64,000 nt of DNA from positions 1 through 64,000 of the forward strand of contig JBQLZK010000023.1 of the NCBI GenBank assembly GCA_052168235.1. The letters run 5' to 3'. The DNA comes from Thainema sp. GTDB lineage: Bacteria; Cyanobacteriota; Cyanobacteriia; Phormidesmidales; Phormidesmidaceae. The translations under genes and the position numbers were made by a program. The notes below the pieces were generated by a model that saw only the letters and a list, made by a program, of their open reading frames with translations, did no database searches and was not told the DNA's origin. Shown here one piece after another: positions 32,408 to 40,620 of the stretch (positions are counted from its first letter, which is position 1; the number at the start of each line of letters is the position of its first letter).

Positions 32408-33058
32408 ATGGCTGACCAGCGCCGCCGAAGATCCAGTTTGCGATCGCTACTTACCGTCAAGACCGCCATTATTTTCATCTGCATCGTGCTGATCGGCTGG
32501 GTTGGAACCGCCTTTGCGCTAGATAAAAAGACCATTTTTTTGCCAGGCGAAACGTCCGAAGGTCATTTTTTATTTGAAGCCTCCTGTTCCTCTTGCCACG
32601 AGGGATTTAAGCCCGTCAGTAACGACACCTGTATGCGCTGTCATGAAGCTGAAATGGCGGAGGATGCCCACGGCCCCAAGAAGTTTCGCGATCCGCGCTG
32701 GGCGGCTGAACTTGAAAAGTTGGAGGTACTAACTTGTACGACCTGCCACAACGAGCATGTTCACATGTTTGGTCGGGGTGTACATCTGCAGCCCGATCTC
32801 TGTATGACCTGCCACGAGGGCATTATCAGCGGCGATCTAAAAAGTCACGACGGCTTTACCGCCGATGGCTGCTGGACAGCTGGTTGTCACAACTATCACG
32901 ATCACCGCTCGATTTCCACCGGATTCATCCGCCAGAATCTCGATCAGCCGATGATGTTGCCAACCCCGACTATGCCGGAACGCTTAGTAGAAGCTGAGTT
33001 AAAGACTGCACCAAACCCGGATCTGAGTCGTGAGTTCTTGGCGGGAGGTGCACCATGA
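32408..33058 (+). CDS. Membrane-anchored/exported multiheme cytochrome c (4 CxxCH + 1 CX4CH)
   Basis: CSSCH, CMRCH, CTTCH, CMTCH, CWTAGCH; N-terminal hydrophobic helix. Confidence 0.9.
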   Translation: MADQRRRRSSLRSLLTVKTAIIFICIVLIGWVGTAFALDKKTIFLPGETSEGHFLFEASCSSCHEGFKPVSNDTCMRCHEAEMAEDAHGPKKFRDPRWAAELEKLEVLTCTTCHNEHVHMFGRGVHLQPDLCMTCHEGIISGDLKSHDGFTADGCWTAGCHNYHDHRSISTGFIRQNLDQPMMLPTPTMPERLVEAELKTAPNPDLSREFLAGGAP

Positions 33059-33975
33059 TGCACTCTCCAAGAAGCTTAATATCCCGTCTGATTGCAACCC
33101 TGGCAGCGGCTCCCACCCACCTACTCACCTACCCTTCCACGTTCACTACCTTAGCGAGAAACAGTCTAATCCTCTCCCTCGCAGTCTTAACTCTCGTCTT
33201 CAGCCCTGCCGTCCCAGCCGCTGCCGATATTACCGATGCTGAATTGGAGGAGATTACTCAGCTTTGGCAAGATAGTGCCCACGCTTTAGCCGATGTCAAC
33301 TGTTCGAGCTGTCACTTGGCCGACGAAACGAACGCGCTGATTGCTCAGCCGACTCACGAGAGCTGCCAGTCGTGTCACGAGCAAGCGGTGGAAACCTTTC
33401 TGCTCGGCAAACACGGCATTCGGCTGCTGGAAGGACAGTCGCCGCTGACTCCGGCAATGGCTCGCCTTCCGATGCAGCCAGCCGCACACGGCAAGCAGAT
33501 GAACTGCAACGCCTGCCACAACGTGCACTCAGTTGATACCTACCAGGCGTCGGTTGATTCCTGTCTCACCTGCCACAACGACACCCACTCGTTGAACTAC
33601 AAAAATTCCAAGCACGCCCAGCTCCTTCTGGCTGAAGGCGAGCTGCCCCGCCCGTCATCTGCATCTGTTACCTGTGCCACCTGTCACCTCCCTCGCCATG
33701 AATCGGCATCGGGCACGGTGCTCGTGAACCACAACAACACCTTCACGCTGCTACCCCGCGATCGCATGGTGAAAGAGGTCTGTCTGAACTGTCACGGCAT
33801 GGAATATGGCTACAACAGCATCTTTGATGACGAACTGGTGGAATCCAATTTTGCCCGTCCCCCTGATCAAACCCTCCAGACTCTGGAGATGGTGCGCGCA
33901 CTGGAGGAAACCCGGTCGGGCAGCGCATCAGCCTCGGATTCTCAATCAGAATCTACTCCAGAATCAGGCTCATGA
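33055..33975 (+). CDS. Exported hexaheme cytochrome c
   Basis: CSSCH, CQSCH, CNACH, CLTCH, CATCH, CLNCH; signal peptide ...SPAVPAAA; ATGA overlap with the upstream gene. Confidence 0.9.
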   Translation: MMHSPRSLISRLIATLAAAPTHLLTYPSTFTTLARNSLILSLAVLTLVFSPAVPAAADITDAELEEITQLWQDSAHALADVNCSSCHLADETNALIAQPTHESCQSCHEQAVETFLLGKHGIRLLEGQSPLTPAMARLPMQPAAHGKQMNCNACHNVHSVDTYQASVDSCLTCHNDTHSLNYKNSKHAQLLLAEGELPRPSSASVTCATCHLPRHESASGTVLVNHNNTFTLLPRDRMVKEVCLNCHGMEYGYNSIFDDELVESNFARPPDQTLQTLEMVRALEETRSGSASASDSQSESTPESGS

Positions 33976-34082
33976 GGTGCCAAACCTCATGACCTAACTA
34001 GCGGATGCTCGCTCCCACACTCAAACACCATATTCAAACCGATTTTAGTCCTGAGGCTAAAAACATTAGGAAGGAGAACGAC

Positions 34083-34745
34083 ATGATTGCAAATCACTAT
34101 TTAAGCGGCTGGACGAGATGGCTACGCACCAAGACCGTTGCGTTTATTGCCATTATCCTCAGCGTTTGCGTTATTGCTGTGGGCTGTAGCAACAGCACCG
34201 CACAGCAGGATTCAGCGGATGGAGTTGCCCCAGAGTTGGTGGCGGATTATATTCACACCGCACTGGCGGCAGACCGCACGGCCTACACCAAGCACGTCGT
34301 CAACCGGGCTAAAACCCTAGAGGGCAAAGTCAAAGATGATGGTGTCCTCGCAGTTGAAGCGACTGAAGGCTGGCAGCAAACCAATGGTATTCCCCTGCCT
34401 GCTCAGATGTTCCGTCTGGGTTCTGAGATCGCCTCAGAGGATGGCACCTTTACCTATAACCTGATTTCGCCTTGGAATATTAATGACAGCCAAGCTCCTA
34501 AAAATGAGTTTGAGCAAACAGCGATGCAGCAGGTTTTGGACACCGGAGAACCGTATAAGGACTATCAGGAAGTAGGTGGAATGCGCTATTTCTCGGCGCT
34601 GTATCCCGACATCGCGGTCGCGGAAGCCTGCGTCACTTGCCACAATACTCACCCGGTTCACCTCGAACGCTATCCCGATAAAGTGTTCGAGATGGGCGAC
34701 GTGATGGGCGGCGTCATGATTAATATTCCTCTAGAAGGGGCTTAA
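34083..34745 (+). CDS. DUF3365 (Tll0287-like) c-type heme lipoprotein
   Basis: Lipobox AVG-C, PLPAQMFR, PKNEFE, ACVTCH, GDVMGG; AGGAG RBS before ATG 34083. Confidence 0.85.
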   Translation: MIANHYLSGWTRWLRTKTVAFIAIILSVCVIAVGCSNSTAQQDSADGVAPELVADYIHTALAADRTAYTKHVVNRAKTLEGKVKDDGVLAVEATEGWQQTNGIPLPAQMFRLGSEIASEDGTFTYNLISPWNINDSQAPKNEFEQTAMQQVLDTGEPYKDYQEVGGMRYFSALYPDIAVAEACVTCHNTHPVHLERYPDKVFEMGDVMGGVMINIPLEGA

Positions 34746-34749
34746 AGTT

Positions 34750-34787
34750 TTCCACAGAGGAGAAGGCTAGCCTTCTCCTCTGTGGAA
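34750..34787. repeat. 38-bp perfect palindrome inside the globin-cytochrome operon
   Basis: ttccacagaggagaaggct|agccttctcctctgtggaa. Confidence 0.85.
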
Positions 34788-34891
34788 TCACAGCAAAATT
34801 AGTGCGATCGCACCTTTTCAATCTTTCAACTTTCTGACTTTTCAACTTTCCAACCTTTCACGACGGTGCTTCAATAGGCTTGACCCACGCC

Positions 34892-35497
34892 ATGAAACCC
34901 AGATTTGCTACGCTGATCATTTTGACGCTGGTGACGGCAGCTTTACTCCTGCCGTTTGCGTTTAGTGCAGGCTATTTAGATGTGCTGAGAAATCGTTCGG
35001 TCGATCTGCATCAGGTGTTGAGAGGTGAACTCTATAAGCAGGCTACGGGTTATTTATCGTTGACCTTCGTTGGGCTAGAAATGGCGTTAACGGTACGCAA
35101 ACGCAGCCTCGGCTGGAAGTTCAAAATTCGCATTCCTGGCTCGATGCAGTTTTGGCGCAGTTTGCACATTTTTGCCGGAGTGGGCCTCGTTGCCTTAACG
35201 CTGGTGCACACGATTGGCTCGACGGGCGCTAATTTCAACTCCGTTTTTCTCTGGGTCTTTTGGGGCGTAACGCTATCTGCATTAATCGGCGCAGTGGCTG
35301 AAACGGGCATTTTGGAATCCCCCCGCAAATACTTCGGCTTGGCATCATCCAAAGTCGGCAATCTAGCGCTCGGTACCACCAAAGGCCCCCTCATCCGAGG
35401 TTTACGCGCTTTCTGGTTATCGACGCACATTATCCTCGTCACCGTCTTCTGCCTCATGCTCGGCGTTCATATTTTTCTGGCCTACTACTACCAGTAA
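34892..35497 (+). CDS. Multi-pass membrane protein with two pairs of intramembrane His (possible di-heme b, ferric-reductase-like)
   Basis: About 5 hydrophobic helices; WRSLHIF...LVHT and WLSTHII...GVHIF. Confidence 0.7.
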   Translation: MKPRFATLIILTLVTAALLLPFAFSAGYLDVLRNRSVDLHQVLRGELYKQATGYLSLTFVGLEMALTVRKRSLGWKFKIRIPGSMQFWRSLHIFAGVGLVALTLVHTIGSTGANFNSVFLWVFWGVTLSALIGAVAETGILESPRKYFGLASSKVGNLALGTTKGPLIRGLRAFWLSTHIILVTVFCLMLGVHIFLAYYYQ

Positions 35498-35511
35498 ACA
35501 GCAGTAACGTT

Positions 35512-35982
35512 ATGCCAAATCGACTCAACACTCGCCTAACCTGGGCCGTCGGCTTAGTGGTTGTGTTCATTGTGGGTACTCTATTCCTGACGCGCCCTTC
35601 CGTGTCAACCAGCAGCCTGTCGCCGGTTTCGGGTCTGATGTCGCTGCGGCAGATGGCGCAGAGTTCGATGCTGTATGACGATGCGATCGCAAATCAGAAA
35701 CCGACGCTCGTCGAGTTTTATGCTGACTGGTGTACCACCTGCCAGTCTCTTGCGCCGACGCTGCATGAGCTAGAGCAGGATTACGCTAACCAAGTTAATT
35801 TTGTCATGCTCAATATCGACGATCCGCGCTGGGCTGAGCAAGTCGATCAGTATGAGGTTACTGGAGTCCCCAAAATTGTCCTGCTCACGACCGATCAGCA
35901 GGTTTCAGACACCTTTATTGGCAGACTGCCCCGCTCTGTTCTAGCCGAAGCCATTGGGCAACTGCTGCCGTCAAATTCCTAA
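35512..35982 (+). CDS. Membrane-anchored thioredoxin-like thiol:disulfide protein (TxlA-like)
   Basis: N-terminal TM, EFYADWCTTC, GVP. Confidence 0.88.
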   Translation: MPNRLNTRLTWAVGLVVVFIVGTLFLTRPSVSTSSLSPVSGLMSLRQMAQSSMLYDDAIANQKPTLVEFYADWCTTCQSLAPTLHELEQDYANQVNFVMLNIDDPRWAEQVDQYEVTGVPKIVLLTTDQQVSDTFIGRLPRSVLAEAIGQLLPSNS

Positions 35983-36891
35983 TGCGCCATTCTCCTGTAG
36001 CCAGCCAATTTGAGCCAGCGTCAGTCCAGTGACACCACCAAACACCGCACCATTCACCTGGGCATCTGATAAATCGACGCCTTCCAAGACGGCATTTTCT
36101 AAATTGGCATGTTGCAAATTCGCGCCCGTCAAATTCGCATAGGACAAATTGGCATCTTCCAAACAGGTGCCAAACAGGCTGGCGTTGGTCAAATCGGTAT
36201 AGCTTAGATTGGCATCGCTTAAGTTCGCCCAGTCAAATTGAGTTTCCGTCAAAATCGCGTGGGTCAAATCGGCATCCGAAAGGTTTGCACCCAGCAAATC
36301 CGCATCAGTCAGATTAGCGCTGATCAGACAGGCTGCCGCTAAATTGGCTCGCTCCAAATCAGCTCCATAAAAGGATGCTCCGGCCAAGTTGGCGTTGCAC
36401 CACTGGCTGCGGCGTAGAGTGGCTCCGCCAAAACTAGCCTGACTAAAATCGCTGCCGCATAGATTGACTTCAATCAAGCTGGCATTTTTAAAGATGGCAT
36501 TGCGTCCTATCGCCTGACTCAAATCGGCTCGATCTAAGTCAGCAAATAGGGCGTGGACACCATCCAAAACCGCACTGTGCAAATTTGCTTGTGCGGCTGT
36601 GATACCCTCCAGATTGCTTTGCTCTAGGCGAGCCCGCGTCAAATTGGCTTTCTTGAAAATGGCGTGTTTGGCATCTACTCGGCTCAGATTCGCCAGGATG
36701 AGCGTGGCGCGGCTGAAGTCGGCCTTTTGGCAAGACGCGTAGGACAAGTTGGCAAATCGCAGATATGCCTTTGTAAACTGGCCGCGATCCAACTGCTTCC
36801 CGCATAAATCAATACGACTCAGTTCAGCCCGACGCAGCGATTTGCCATCGTGAACGCGAGTTAAGACTTCATCTAGGGTGAGTTGAGCCAT
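35971..36891 (-). CDS. Pentapeptide repeat protein
   Basis: Continuous A(D/N)LXX repeats. Confidence 0.92.
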   Translation of the reverse strand: MAQLTLDEVLTRVHDGKSLRRAELSRIDLCGKQLDRGQFTKAYLRFANLSYASCQKADFSRATLILANLSRVDAKHAIFKKANLTRARLEQSNLEGITAAQANLHSAVLDGVHALFADLDRADLSQAIGRNAIFKNASLIEVNLCGSDFSQASFGGATLRRSQWCNANLAGASFYGADLERANLAAACLISANLTDADLLGANLSDADLTHAILTETQFDWANLSDANLSYTDLTNASLFGTCLEDANLSYANLTGANLQHANLENAVLEGVDLSDAQVNGAVFGGVTGLTLAQIGWLQENGALGI

Positions 36892-37072
36892 AGCCAGTTC
36901 CAATTCAGTGTTCTAATTAACAGTTTAAGAAAATAATTTGTGTAATCCATTACAGAATATCGGCTCTTGCCGGTTTGAGCTGTCTTCTGTCAAGAAATCG
37001 CCACATAAGATGAGATTTGCTTAACAAAACGAAAAGTAATTCATATGGCTGTAGTCAGCTCTGTTAGGACAC

Positions 37073-37197
37073 GGACATTTTTGTGGCGCGGCTTAGCCGC
37101 GCCACAAAAATGTCCTAAACCAGGTGCAATATCTATGGAATTTAGAAACCATGAAGGGCGGTCAAATTCGCGCCGCGAATTTGACCGCCCTTCATGG
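37073..37197. repeat. Two adjacent long hairpins (20-bp arms, 3-nt loop; 24-bp arms, 1-nt loop)
   Basis: 37073-37115 ggacatttttgtggcgcggc-tta-...; 37149-37197 ccatgaagggcggtcaaattcgcg-c-... Confidence 0.85.
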
Positions 37198-37213
37198 CTT
37201 TTAATGAGCTGTT

Positions 37214-37591
37214 CTATGCGTCTTCTAAATCAGAGTCGAATAGCGAATCTGCGTCAGTTGTAGAAACATCGCCAGCAGCGACGAGTGCTTGCTCGAACTG
37301 CAGCCGCTGTTCTGCGCCACGGAGGAAATAGCCGCTCATCATGGCGGAGGCGAGTAGACGACCGAGTTGCTCGCGGTTAGTGGTAATGGTTACATCAAAA
37401 TGCTCTGGGGGCAGTCCTCCCAATAGGCCAATAATGTTGCGCTCCATCATTTGGAACGTTTCGGAGGATGCAGGTTTGGACAACTTGGCAATCGTTTCGG
37501 GTGCCATTGACTGCACGTATTGCATCAGTGAGCTATCGGAGGCTGCATCACCATTGAAAAAATTAGAAGTTTGCTTGGATGCGTCTTTCAC
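37214..37591 (-). CDS. DUF760 family protein
   Basis: LMQYVQSMAPE, NIIGLLGGLP, REQLGRLLASAMMSGYFLR. Confidence 0.88.
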   Translation of the reverse strand: MKDASKQTSNFFNGDAASDSSLMQYVQSMAPETIAKLSKPASSETFQMMERNIIGLLGGLPPEHFDVTITTNREQLGRLLASAMMSGYFLRGAEQRLQFEQALVAAGDVSTTDADSLFDSDLEDA

Positions 37592-37691
37592 GGGATACCT
37601 CGTTGCGAACCGTTGAGTTAATCACTTGCTTATTCACTTACTTAGAGTGTAACGAGAGAAAAGCGGTCTGACAGTCGGTAGAACCGAACTC

Positions 37692-40601
37692 TTAATAGAC
37701 GGCACTCCGGATAGAGTCATGGCTGAGTTGAAGATTGGGTGCAATCGGTAGGGTGACGGTAAAGGCAGTTTTGCGATCGCAACTTTCCACCTGAATCTCA
37801 CCGCCCAGATGATGCACCAGTTCTCGCACCAGGGCTAAGCCTAAGCCTGTGCCGCCCTGCTGCCATCGGTCTGTGCTGGGCACCCGATAAAACTTTTCAA
37901 AAATATGGGGCAGTTCTTGGGTTGGAATGCTGGCTCCCGTGTTGCAGACGGTGATCTGGAGCTGATCGAGCTGATTGCTGTGCTGCGGCAGGATAGCTAC
38001 TAGTTGAATCTGTTCATGGGGCGGCGTGTACTTACAGGCATTGTGCAGCAGTTCACCAACAATGCGGCTGATGCCATCCTGATTCGATTCAATCATGGGC
38101 AGCGGTTGCGGAATTGCGACCTCAAGCCGAAGCTGACGGGCATTGATATGGCCCTGGAAGGAATCGGCCAGCGTGGGCAAGAGCAGATTCAGATCAACCT
38201 CTGCTAGTTCTAGCGGTTGGCGATTGGCTTCCAAGCGCTGCAAATCCAGCAGGTCATTCACCAAGTTAATTTCTTGCTGACATTCTGCATTAAGGATTTT
38301 GAGATACTGAGCAATGCGCCGCACCAGCGATTCTGGATGAGCCGATAAATCTAGGTCGAGGGCTGACTCTGGGTGAGAATTGACATGAGAATGAGCTGGT
38401 GTCGCTGTGTGGGATTTGCCATTAGTAGGATTGGGGGCATCGACTCGCGTGGAATCGATGGCGTCTTGCGGCGACAGATGGGTCATGACCAGTTGGCGGA
38501 GCGTCAGATTCAGCATTTGCAGCGCCATTTTCATATTGGTAATCGGCGATCGCAACTCATGGGACACCGTACTGAGGAAGTCATCTTTGAGCTGATTAAG
38601 TTGCTCAAGCGCTTCCACCTGCATTTGGGCAGCGGCAAACAGGCGGGCCTGCCGAATTGCGATCGCACATTGATTGGCCACCTGCTGCGCGAGCTGAATC
38701 TCGGGCTGGGTGAAAATTTGGTTTTTGGGGCGAGTTAACCACAAATCGCCGAGGATGCCCTGATCGTCAAAAATCGGACAGGCCAGGAACGTAATTTCTC
38801 CCCGCACGGGATGAAAGTCCACAAACTGCACCCATTGCCGCTGCAGCAGTTGAGCATAGACGTCTTTGCGGCCCGACATCGGCCAAATCTGGTTGACTCC
38901 AGTGGGGACTTCAACCGTCGCGTATTCGTAGCGCACCCGTGACTCTTGGCGCTCCAGGTCGTAAAATGCCGTATCGCAGGTTTGAGCGTCTAAGCCAATC
39001 GCTAGATCTTTGACCACGGCCTGCATAATCTGCTGCTCATCTAGGCTGTCTCGCACGTTGTCGGTAATCCGCTTGAGCAGCGCGTCAAACTGGCGGGCTT
39101 GCTGCAGTTGGGCCGTTCGCTCCTGTACCTGCTGCTCCAGCTTTTGATTAAATTCCTGCACGTGACCATAAAGCTGGGACTGCTGAATTGCGATCGCAAC
39201 TTGGCTGGCTAGCTGTTTCAACAATTCGATTTCCATCTCCGGCCAGGGACGCGGCTCAGAACACTGATTGGCCAAGAGTAGCCCCCACAGTTGCTGATCA
39301 AACACAATCGGCACCACTAAATTGGCCCGCACGCCGAACGATTCCAGCAGTTCGACATGGCAGGGGGTGAGATTCGCTTGATAAACATCCTGAATCGACT
39401 GAATTCGCCCCTGCTGATACTGCTCGACATACCGCTGGGCAAAACAGTGGTCGGTAATCGTGCGGCCCAAAGCGCTGAATTGCGACTGCATCACCGATTC
39501 CACAATTACCGTACCGCTCCAGTCAGCATGAAAGCGGTAGATCAGCACCCGCTCAATCTGCAAAAACTGACGAATTTCCGTGACCGTGGTCTGCAAAATG
39601 GTCTCGAGGTCCAGCGATTGACGGATGCGCTGACCAATATCAGCCACGAGTTTCGTCTGTTTGGCCTGCTGTCGCAGCAGTTGTTCCGCCTGGATATGGA
39701 CGGTGATGTCCTGCACCACACCATCACGCCGGAGCGGATTGCCGTCTACATCGCAAATGAGATAACCGCGATCGCGCAGCCAGCGGATCGTGCCATCCGG
39801 ACGAATGATCCGATAAATGGCTTCGCCACAGGGATTCTCGACCCCGATTTGGGCAAAGATCTGCTTTGTGCGAACCTGATCGTCGGGATGAATCACCTCA
39901 AACCAAAGATTAGGATTGTCAAAAAATGCCTCAACTGGATAGCCATATACGGCTTCAGCGACCGGATTCAGATAAATCATGTACGATTTATCGACGGCAG
40001 TTGACCAGACCACTTCTTCCAGCGAGTTTAAGATACTGCTCAGGCGAGCTTCACTATCCTGTAGCGTTTGCTCAACCGCTTGGCGAACCCGGATCTCATG
40101 CAATAGCGCCTGATTCGCAGCCGTGAGGGCGGCTGTGCGTTCCTCCACCCGCTGTTCAAGGGTTTGATTGAGCTGTTCAATTTCGGCTTTAGCGGCCTGT
40201 AGCGCCAGTTGATTTTGAACGCGGAGGACGACCTCTTGCGGGTCAAAGGGCTTGGTAATGTAGTCAACTCCGCCCACCTCGAAGGCCTTAGCCTTGTCGC
40301 CAATGCTATCTAAGGCGCTGAGGAAAATAATGGGAATATGGCAGGTTTCGGGTGCAGCTTTGAGCTGTTGACAGAAACTGTAGCCGCTAATGTCGGGTAA
40401 TCGAATATCGAGCAGGATTAAATCGGGCGGAGCGGCTTGAATTCCCATCAGCGCCATTGAGCCACTGATGGCCTTGCGGATGTCATAGCCTTGGTCGCTG
40501 AGGGTTTTCGCGAGGAGCGACAGGTTCTCCAGCGAATCATCCACAATTAAAATATGCGGTTGGGATTGGCAATCGGACGAATATCCAGTCTGCCCTGTCA
40601 T
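37692..40601 (-). CDS. Sensor kinase REC-PAS-GAF(DXCF cyanobacteriochrome)-GAF-HisKA-HATPase
   Basis: N-terminal REC; PAS (IHPDD); GAF with ERVLIYRF, DHCF, PCHVELL, VRANLVVPI; VSHELRSP; GGTGLGL. Confidence 0.9.
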   Translation of the reverse strand: MTGQTGYSSDCQSQPHILIVDDSLENLSLLAKTLSDQGYDIRKAISGSMALMGIQAAPPDLILLDIRLPDISGYSFCQQLKAAPETCHIPIIFLSALDSIGDKAKAFEVGGVDYITKPFDPQEVVLRVQNQLALQAAKAEIEQLNQTLEQRVEERTAALTAANQALLHEIRVRQAVEQTLQDSEARLSSILNSLEEVVWSTAVDKSYMIYLNPVAEAVYGYPVEAFFDNPNLWFEVIHPDDQVRTKQIFAQIGVENPCGEAIYRIIRPDGTIRWLRDRGYLICDVDGNPLRRDGVVQDITVHIQAEQLLRQQAKQTKLVADIGQRIRQSLDLETILQTTVTEIRQFLQIERVLIYRFHADWSGTVIVESVMQSQFSALGRTITDHCFAQRYVEQYQQGRIQSIQDVYQANLTPCHVELLESFGVRANLVVPIVFDQQLWGLLLANQCSEPRPWPEMEIELLKQLASQVAIAIQQSQLYGHVQEFNQKLEQQVQERTAQLQQARQFDALLKRITDNVRDSLDEQQIMQAVVKDLAIGLDAQTCDTAFYDLERQESRVRYEYATVEVPTGVNQIWPMSGRKDVYAQLLQRQWVQFVDFHPVRGEITFLACPIFDDQGILGDLWLTRPKNQIFTQPEIQLAQQVANQCAIAIRQARLFAAAQMQVEALEQLNQLKDDFLSTVSHELRSPITNMKMALQMLNLTLRQLVMTHLSPQDAIDSTRVDAPNPTNGKSHTATPAHSHVNSHPESALDLDLSAHPESLVRRIAQYLKILNAECQQEINLVNDLLDLQRLEANRQPLELAEVDLNLLLPTLADSFQGHINARQLRLEVAIPQPLPMIESNQDGISRIVGELLHNACKYTPPHEQIQLVAILPQHSNQLDQLQITVCNTGASIPTQELPHIFEKFYRVPSTDRWQQGGTGLGLALVRELVHHLGGEIQVESCDRKTAFTVTLPIAPNLQLSHDSIRSAVY

Positions 40602-40620
40602 GTCAAATCTCCCTGCTCGC

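Noticed and set aside
36941..36954. TGTAATCCATTACA palindrome as an NtcA site
   Set aside because: Spacer is 6 nt; it may be another operator but this is unsupported
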